From Eimeria praecox (Eukaryota), in NCBI GenBank assembly GCA_963920595.1, contig OY986946.1, positions 7,874,001 to 7,938,000 on the forward strand: a stretch of DNA of 64,000 nucleotides, written 5' to 3'. This document shows, piece by piece, positions 56,301 to 64,000 of this stretch. A program made the translations under genes and the position numbers. How positions within the stretch are numbered: the stretch's first letter is position 1; each line of letters opens with the position of its first letter. The notes under the pieces are model-generated. The model ran no database searches. It worked only from the letters and a program-made list of their open reading frames with translations, and was not told where the DNA came from.

Positions 56301-56460
56301 CCCGAGAAGTGAATGAAATAGTCCATGACTCACTAAACATACTTCCTCTTGGCTCGCTTAGCTAAAGCGGCCCCCAAAAAAGCTAGGGAAAAGGAAACCA
56401 TGAGCAGGGAGGCTTATGGGTTTTTAAAGACCGTCATGGCGCATGCAAGCTCGGGGAATC

Positions 56461-59400
56461 TCAGCGCAGTGGTATGGTATGCAGCGCTGGCTGCAGTACC
56501 AAACCGAGCACAGCAAGCTCTTTATTTACGGACCGAAGCGCACAGTTGAAGGCCTCTGAATTGGCTCCTTGCTCATAGCAGTATTCGTTTGCCGCTGGAG
56601 CACCATCTCTTGTTTGGGCTATATTTGCTTCCACAACTTTCGCTGCTGGAGGCTGCAGGCTTACAGTCCAAAACAATTGATGTTGCGAGCAGTAGGGGCC
56701 CCCAGTACGGTGCTGCCATTCTTTCCCTCCTGTACTCTCTGCCGGCTTGTGCGGCTTTCGTTCCTGCTGCTGAGAGCCTTTCGCTGACGTGGCTGCTGCT
56801 GTCATTTGCTGCAAAAGCACTGCATCTCCAGCGAGCTGCAACAGCAGTTGCAACGAGTTTATGAAGGCCTTGTCACCTAATGCCTTCTCTTTCATTTCTT
56901 CTCCCTCCAACAATTCCTGCTGCAGTTTCTGCCTCAGCAGCGCCTGTGTAATGCGTGCTGCAGCACTCAACGCTGCTCCAACTGTATTGCTCACTTCGGC
57001 AAGCTTTGAGAGCCTTCCAGATTCGGCGTCAGCTTCTGCATCTGGAACGCCAGCTCCACTCGCCGAAGCGGTGACAGCTGCAACAGCCGCCGCAGCTCCT
57101 GCCATCCAGAAATCTGCGGAGAGCGGCTCTCGCGCACAACTGCTGAGAATGCTGTCAAAAAGCCCAGCAACCGCAGGATGAAATGGCAAACGCACAGCAG
57201 CCAGACACGGAATTGATTCCCCCTCCAGCAGTTCCTTTGGGTTCAGCGGCACGGGGGGACAATAAGCCTGCTGCAGCTGTTGCTGAATTGCTGCTAAGGG
57301 CTTCTGAAGTTCTTGCGGGAGTAGCAACAGGGTCATATGCTTTTCGATGGGCTTCAGATCGAGAGGCAGTTGTACCACGACAGGTCCCCAAGGGCCGCCG
57401 TTGACACAACAGGGAAGACAGCAGCCTAAAGATACAAGTTCCAATGCCAGAGGGGTGAATGCAGCGGCAGCAGTAGCAGCAGGCAGCAGCAGCAGGTTAT
57501 CCCCTTCTGCTGCAGAAGCAATCACGATCTCTCCCGTGGCAGACAACGTGATATGCTTCAGCTGTTTGTGGAGGGATTCTGGTTCCGGCTGCTGTTGCAG
57601 CTGCCCGCCCATCGGATCAAAATCAGAAATGAAGTCTCTCCAGTCGGCGGAAGAAAGCCACAGGTCTACAGACACTTCATTCGAGGGAACTTGCTGCTGC
57701 TGCTGCTGGCGATGCAATCGCGCACAGGAAGAGAACAAAGAAATGAGTTGCCGCCCTGTTTCGCCAGTCATTATGTCACTTTGCTGTAGCAGTTGCAGGT
57801 GCTGCCACTCCGCTGAGTTTTCTCCTCGTTTGGGCCATCTACCCTCAAAGGCTGTAGCTTCCTCATTCCCTAAATCCATGCTTGGAAGCGTTCCTTTATT
57901 TTTCAGTGAGTGTTCATGCATTTTTACTACCGCCCCACCGCCTAGCGCTGCTGCTGTACGTGCTTCAGTAAGTCCTTCCTCCTCAGCTAGAAGCGCAAGC
58001 ATGCGAGCCAGGAACGCAATCACTGAAACAACACACAACTGCCAGTCGGGCCCCCACGCCTCATGCTGGCGCCGTTGCGGAGACAGCGGGTGTTGCTGCT
58101 TCCGCGAATGGCTGTTTCGTTCCAAAACCCTAACTGCCGACACGCCTCTGAAATCCCAACTGCTGCAAAGCGGAAGAGGTGAACAAACATCCCAAAAGAA
58201 TTTCAGCAACCTCTGCAAGAAGACAACGGAGGTGCACTGCTGCAGCTGCTCGTCCTCCGCCATCAGACGGGCACATTCAGACACACCCCAGCAGTCCTCA
58301 AATGGAGTCCAGCTTATAGTGTTGGTTCGGCTGCTGCCGCTATTTTGGCTGCTGCTGCTGTCGGCCCCCGCGACGAAACGGCTGTAGAGTGACTCGAACG
58401 GCTGGTTGAGAGCCACTTTTACAGAGGTGATCCTCTCCTCACCAGGAACAGGAACCTTTCCTGCCACTGTTTCCGAAGCTCCTGCTTCTGCTGCACTGTC
58501 TGAAATAGTCATCGAAACAAATGCTTTCAACGCCTCTACTGCTTTGCGGAAACTTTCCTTCTCATCGAAACCACTGCAGCAGCAGCCTGTAGCACTCGCT
58601 GCTACAGCTTCTGCTGATGCATCGCCTGTCGCTTCATCCACACCAGTAGAAATTGCCAACCGACAAGACAGGCGCGAGCATGCAAAGTGCACGGGTCTCC
58701 TCCTATTTTCTGTGGATTGGAGGAACGCGCAGCAGGCGTGCAGGCGTAACAACAGCCTGAGAAAGGCTGAGCTACTTAGCTCAACAGCAGCCGTGACAGC
58801 AGTAGAAGCCTCTGCATTGTGTACTGCAGGAGTAAACATTGTGCAGCAATTCACAAAGTAGACAACCACCGGCACCTCCGCAGCTAGTGTAAATGAGCGA
58901 CGGAGGGACTGCGCCAGAACAGTTGCCCGAGTCGCTGAAACATTGGGTATCACAGCTTGGTCTGCTGGTGCCACCGGTGCTTGATCTGTGCTCCCTTCAC
59001 TTCCTTTCCCTTCCTTTACACACGATTCCACTTCTGACTTATTAAGCGCCCTGAGAGCTGCATCATGATCTCCGAAACCTCGTTCCTGGCGCAACAGAGC
59101 AGCTGCAGCGGCCTGGTCACATTTGCTGCAGTTATCACTAAACGTACACTTTCCACAGCAGGTGCTGTTGCTTCCGCTGCTGTTGCTTTTCCTGCTACTG
59201 CTATTGCAGGAACCACCTAGATTGTAGAATGCGTGCATGCGGTCAAGATGGTCACCCCCAAACTCCAGAAGGTGGAGCAGTACATAGCGGCTACCGCTAA
59301 CCTTATTCCAGAAGCCGTGCCGTTGCTGCTGGTGTTGCTGCAGTATTTGAATGCCGAATTCAGTGCAAAAGAAGGCAAAGTCTTCAGCAGATAGCAGAGC

Positions 59401-59955
59401 CGCTGACCGCGCAACGTCCGAATCTAGAAAAGGAAGCTCATCCCGGGACCTGCGCACCAAAGCTTCCACTGCTTCAACTTCTACTGCTGTTGCAGTGCCT
59501 GTGCTATCCTCGTCGGCTGCCGTTTTTTCTGGTAGACTGTGGTGCACCTGTTCCCATCCGCCTTTTTCAGTTAGCCTGGTCGCTGCGCAAGCTGGGTCCG
59601 ACTCCGCCATCGCCGCTGGTCGTATCTGGCCATCAGCGCCACCAAGAGCGGCAGCAGCACCAGTTTCCGAAAGGACTTCCCTTCGGTTCGAAAACTCCCC
59701 CTGAATGATGGGCAGTAGAGAGGTGAGTGCTGTGTACATAGGATCTTTGGAAGCTACGAGCGAATACAGCAAAGCACTTTTGCCAGCATTCTGGTCTCCC
59801 AGCAACAGGAGGCTGATACAGCAGCAGTCCCGCCTGGTACTCCTGCTCTGGCTGGGAGATAGCAGCTGCTCGTAGTACTCATCATGCCGGTCTTGCTGTA
59901 AGTAAACCCCACGCTGCTCCAAGCCGAATGGCGTTAGCCGCAGGGGTATTGTCAT
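56461..59955 (-). CDS. Large apparently intronless hypothetical protein (~1160 aa) with a divergent N-terminal Ras-like P-loop GTPase domain
   Basis: Uninterrupted ORF 56461-59994; first ATG at 59955 (MTIPLR). ISLLLLGDQNAGKSALL is a hydrophobic strand plus GxxxxGKS. YVLLHLLEFGGD resembles a G3 strand, and VVVYFVN a later core strand. Confidence 0.75.
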   Translation of the reverse strand: MTIPLRLTPFGLEQRGVYLQQDRHDEYYEQLLSPSQSRSTRRDCCCISLLLLGDQNAGKSALLYSLVASKDPMYTALTSLLPIIQGEFSNRREVLSETGAAAALGGADGQIRPAAMAESDPACAATRLTEKGGWEQVHHSLPEKTAADEDSTGTATAVEVEAVEALVRRSRDELPFLDSDVARSAALLSAEDFAFFCTEFGIQILQQHQQQRHGFWNKVSGSRYVLLHLLEFGGDHLDRMHAFYNLGGSCNSSSRKSNSSGSNSTCCGKCTFSDNCSKCDQAAAAALLRQERGFGDHDAALRALNKSEVESCVKEGKGSEGSTDQAPVAPADQAVIPNVSATRATVLAQSLRRSFTLAAEVPVVVYFVNCCTMFTPAVHNAEASTAVTAAVELSSSAFLRLLLRLHACCAFLQSTENRRRPVHFACSRLSCRLAISTGVDEATGDASAEAVAASATGCCCSGFDEKESFRKAVEALKAFVSMTISDSAAEAGASETVAGKVPVPGEERITSVKVALNQPFESLYSRFVAGADSSSSQNSGSSRTNTISWTPFEDCWGVSECARLMAEDEQLQQCTSVVFLQRLLKFFWDVCSPLPLCSSWDFRGVSAVRVLERNSHSRKQQHPLSPQRRQHEAWGPDWQLCVVSVIAFLARMLALLAEEEGLTEARTAAALGGGAVVKMHEHSLKNKGTLPSMDLGNEEATAFEGRWPKRGENSAEWQHLQLLQQSDIMTGETGRQLISLFSSCARLHRQQQQQQVPSNEVSVDLWLSSADWRDFISDFDPMGGQLQQQPEPESLHKQLKHITLSATGEIVIASAAEGDNLLLLPAATAAAAFTPLALELVSLGCCLPCCVNGGPWGPVVVQLPLDLKPIEKHMTLLLLPQELQKPLAAIQQQLQQAYCPPVPLNPKELLEGESIPCLAAVRLPFHPAVAGLFDSILSSCAREPLSADFWMAGAAAAVAAVTASASGAGVPDAEADAESGRLSKLAEVSNTVGAALSAAARITQALLRQKLQQELLEGEEMKEKALGDKAFINSLQLLLQLAGDAVLLQQMTAAATSAKGSQQQERKPHKPAESTGGKEWQHRTGGPYCSQHQLFWTVSLQPPAAKVVEANIAQTRDGAPAANEYCYEQGANSEAFNCALRSVNKELAVLGLVLQPALHTIPLR

Positions 59956-61199
59956 AGTAGCGCTATGTGTTTCCTTGTCTTGCCAGTCAATCAAGACAGA
60001 AACACATGCAGGAGCAGAACTACAGGACGGAAGAGAAGCAGAGACAGGGTGGCTTATCCTGCCTCGGTGCCCAAACAGCTCTCCTGCAAAACCCCGAGCA
60101 TTCTTCCTCTAGGAATCTAAGGGTCAACACGGGGGAAAAAAAGTTTTGCTCGGGTACCCTCTTATTAGCTTCGACTCATCAAGCATGCTCCTACTGCAGG
60201 ACCGCTACTGTTGTTCTGTTTTTTGCTCCTTTTAAGGCTACAAACGCTGCTGCTGGCTGTGTTCGATCCGCAGCTCTGGGGGGAGATGCTCACAAGTTCC
60301 TCTCAGGTAAGTGGAGACAACGGAAGGATCCGTTGGCCTGATATTTGACTTTACGTCTCACGCCAGAATGCTAGAAGGCGAAGAATTTCTGGTGCGGAGT
60401 GCGGCTCTTGCGGATTCTCCTGTTAACACTGCAGTGGCGGGTGCTCAGATTTGAGTTGGGTGCTCAGGTTTGAGTTATTGGGCCTGTTCCTTCAGCTGCA
60501 AGAGTCAAGCAGTATGGTCCTATACGCATGTATATATGAAAATTTCTTCTTTGGGTTTAGGTAAAATATGGAATGGGCTAACGGAAAACAATGCGCAGGT
60601 GGCACTGCCGACCGGCCGCTGCAGCCCCAGAAATCGGCTCGTCAAGTTTTAAAATTCCTGTCCGTGTTACTACGTATGCTTTTTCCCGGATGTACCCGCT
60701 ATACGACTGACCACCTTGCCGCAAATACTTTCTATTAGCATGAGGACCCTCTTAATGGGAGCTTCCTCTCGACCCCTTGGCCGTTGGCTCGCACGTTGAT
60801 ATGTGGGATTCCGTGAAGAAAACAAGGCTAGGTCATATGCTGAATGGAAATGAGAATAAGAAACCAGCTAGGTGGCCAATGTTTACTTTGTTTCTCTAGT
60901 GGATCCTCAATTGGTTAAGCCCTGCGCAACGGTCACTTTAGGCGCATCTTTTGGAGCAACCGTACAACATGTGGGCCTAACGTGTGCACACCCTGGTATC
61001 GAACAAGACATATGTTAAACCAAGTAACGTTGCATTAAGTTTTTTTCTTGGAAAGCATCATAGTGGCCTAGGTCATGCTGACCTAAGGGACTAGGAGCAA
61101 GTACTACGGACAGTAATGCTGACTTGAGCTGCGAGCTGCGCAGCGCAGTCTGCATGATATTGGTGCTCGTAGCGCTGTTTTCATGAAGCTTACTATGAG

Positions 61200-63400
61200 A
61201 GAACAAATAAAAGCAGTGTACCCTACGGTCTACAATGCGAGCTTATGCCTGAGTGGGATACTGGATGTGCGTGCATGTGGGGATGCCTTGCAATAGCTGC
61301 AGCATGATGCTTCGCAGCAAATGACACGCCTGCCTCTTTGCCCAGGAGGCTTGGAGGCAGGAAGGTGAACAGCCTCTTGGGAACTAACTCTTGAACTCTT
61401 TGACACTATTCCACGCTCATGACGGTTCTCGGCTAAGATCGAGAATTCTCGTTATACAAGCGTACACAAAGGAGAGTGCCCCGAGTAGGAATTTCAATTG
61501 CATCTGGATTCGCTATGGTAGAAGGGTTGGAATCAGTGTCCCAAGGAGAAGGGAGAAAGGAAAATCCACTGCATTGCAGAGGCGTTGCCGCTGTGATGGT
61601 CTTTACGACGACCGCAGTTCCCCGGGACTTAGTAGAGGTGTAGTTAATGGGTGAGGAACAGCAGAAATGCACATAGTTGAAGGGAAAGCCTCAGTTGTAC
61701 TCAGCAGAAAGGAGCTTCCAGCAAGCCGGCAACCAACTGGACTCCGAAAGGGCCCCATCGGGTTCACTTTCGGAGCCAGCCCATGCTTTGCTCCAAGGTG
61801 TAGACAACCCCACCTTCTTGAAGAGGAAATGCCGGTGCAGGCATATGAACTGCTAAGAGGAAGCGAGCATGAAACGATGACTAGCGCATGCGAGAAGAAT
61901 TCGGTGTTAAAAAAGGGAAATGGCGGGAAGCGGCACATGCGCGTCAACTTCAAGCCCCTAAGAAAAATCAGAAAAAATCAGAGTGATACCAAAAGCTCTG
62001 ATGAGCCACACTGAAGAAATGTTTGGCCGTTTGCATGATTCAGCACCATATTCATCTTTTCAGTCTGCTAAAGCGCTCTTGCATCTACCAGTGCATCCTG
62101 GCAAAAGGCACAAAGCTGCGTGCTGCAAGCGCAGTCTAGATTTCATCGCTACTTTTCTTGAACTACCCGATGCACCTGGCGATCACGATGTACTGGGGCA
62201 AATAAATGATGACTGGACGAATATCCATATTGGCATGCTTGTATTCCAGTCGAATTTGCAGAAACACTTGCAGTACCTGGCTCGTGGCCTGTAACTGCTA
62301 TGTGAAAAGCCGTTGTTCGAAGCATACCAAGTGCTAGCTTCCAGTGCACCCAATCGGCTTGGTCTCTTTAGCCCCTTCGGCAGAAATCTAACCGTATTAA
62401 AGGAAGAAAAAAGCCATTCGGACGGAAATTCCTCCCTGCACTCGGACGGCCGTCGGAAAGTTTCGTGGTGTCTCGTCACACCACTGCAAACTTAGCCCTG
62501 GATTTGCTGGCACCACAACCCCTTTTATGGAGATACTCACGAATCACAAACAATATATTTTGTCAGACACTAACGAAGTTTGCAAGAGCCTCGTCCAATA
62601 CCTGACATCCTTTCCCTAAACGGGACTCCCTGGCTTCAGCCCAACAGCCGATGCCGGTGCCGCTGAGATAAGCTGCTGCCATGTATTTTCAGCAAGCCAC
62701 CGGATAGTTAAAATACCAGAAAAAGCCACGCTGATGACACCCTTCCACAAGCAGAAATATTCGATGTTCGCGGGACTGCGGCTCTGCCGAGGAAATAACA
62801 TAAGGCTGGCTAAGAGCGGCAGGATAGGAGGCGGGCTGCTCCGGCACCAGACGAACCGTTGACTAGACGTTCTAGTCCCACTTCGCTCACATGCTTGACG
62901 TACAATGCACGGCCAAGCTTTAGCAAGCTACGCTGGCGCCAACCGAATAGTGGAGGGAGTAGGGAAACCCACTTCGCGACCTACGATGCCGTATTCAGCC
63001 GAAGAAAATGCTTTCAGTTATCGGTTTTCAGTTAGTTACATTTCGATGTACGTGTTGACCGGACGAGTTCGTTCTAACGGGCTCGCACCCTTATCGAAGT
63101 GCACAGAAGGGCGATCAATCCAATAACTCCTACCTGATCTGCGCAGAGCCCTTTCAAGCTATTTTTGCGGGTAAAATTCTTGATTTCTACTGTAGATTTG
63201 CCCACTATTTGGAGCTACCAGCACAACAATGCTGCTGGTTTTCTAAGGTGGTTCAGAGAGTCACCCAAACTTCGTCAGCTTCTCCCCACAACGTGGTTGT
63301 GGGAGGGAAAAGTTGGGGGAGAATGAGACTGTGAACACATGTGTAATGGCTTGCAGAGGTCATAGATAATCAGAGTATAGCACTAAGTACCCAGCAGACC
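61200..63400 (+). mobile_element. Degenerate Ty3/Gypsy LTR-retrotransposon relic (PR?-RT-RNaseH)
   Basis: Possible protease WDTGCA (~61255). RT N-terminus RQPHLLEEEM...YELLRG...VLKKGNGGKRHMRVNFKPLRKI (ORF 61667-62014), then EMFGRLHDSAPYSSF...LPVHPGKRHKAAC...LPDAP...MLVFQSNLQKHLQYL (ORF 61983-62294), and RNaseH-like YSAEENAFSYRFSV (~63000). Frameshifted; ends approximate. Confidence 0.75.
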
Positions 63401-64000
63401 GGCAACCCTAGTGGGTCTTTTAGGGCCACCCGTCTGATGCACTTTTACACATTCTCGGGAGCATTTACACGCACTCCTCGATTCATCTGCGGCGATTACA
63501 AGGGTCCGTCTGCCCGGAGTGTCGCGAATTTTTGGACAACCCCACGCGGACCATTGGCATATTGCTTTTGTTGAGGGGATTTATCTTCTAATATATGTAG
63601 TCTAAGGCGCCAACTATTTTCTAGCTGCGGTAAATGCTTTTCCCTCTACAACCTGATGCCTCAGACACCACCGAACATACTGTACTTTTTCACGTGCCTA
63701 CACCGTTTAGGGCTGCCCGAAGGCGTGCCTTACTCGCATACCCACGGTGAGCCCAGGCAGCGGCGCCTAGCGTATGTTTCATTAGCTTTTTATGCACGCA
63801 GCAGGTGGATTCAAACGGAGAAGCAAGAGACATGTTGCAGAGATCACCTGTGGCAGGCTAAGGTAGTTGCAGGCTCATGCATTCAAAAGCCGCAGCACCA
63901 GCAATAAATACATAAGTGGCCAAAGGGGCAGCAAGCCAGCAGCATGTAGCAGGAGCAGCAGAAACTGGACACCGAGCCTTAGAAACCTCAATGCGAATAG

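Noticed and set aside
57347..58387. 346 aa antisense ORF within the large P-loop gene
   Set aside because: Typical antisense shadow of a GC-balanced, GCA-rich coding sequence.

Overview
Eukaryotic, intron-rich DNA typical of an eimeriid coccidian (Apicomplexa), inferred from CAG/CTG homopolymer-coding repeats, TGCATGC-type motifs and Ty3/Gypsy relics; the species cannot be determined. The window has two compartments. The first (1 to ~38 kb) is very AT-rich and dense in microsatellites. It holds mostly spliced housekeeping genes, largely in head-to-head pairs: Nop15/NIFK with Tim10, a POT-like MFS transporter with a poly-Q protein, a SpoU methyltransferase with a DEK-C protein, and DMC1 with a hypothetical gene, followed by UTP4. 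The second (~39-64 kb) has balanced base composition and few repeats. It holds three degenerate Ty3/Gypsy relics, a Nudix-OB-RGG fusion gene, a BSD-domain gene and a large intronless gene with a divergent GTPase-like P-loop. All gene models were spliced by eye from GT-AG junctions and family motifs; no database searches were run. Most ORFs in the supplied track are microsatellite artefacts. The best leads are a dispersed GGTGTAyrTACACC palindrome family (in divergent promoters, inside exons, and beside a tRNA B-box-like element) and a probably catalytically dead Nudix domain fused to an OB fold and RGG tail.
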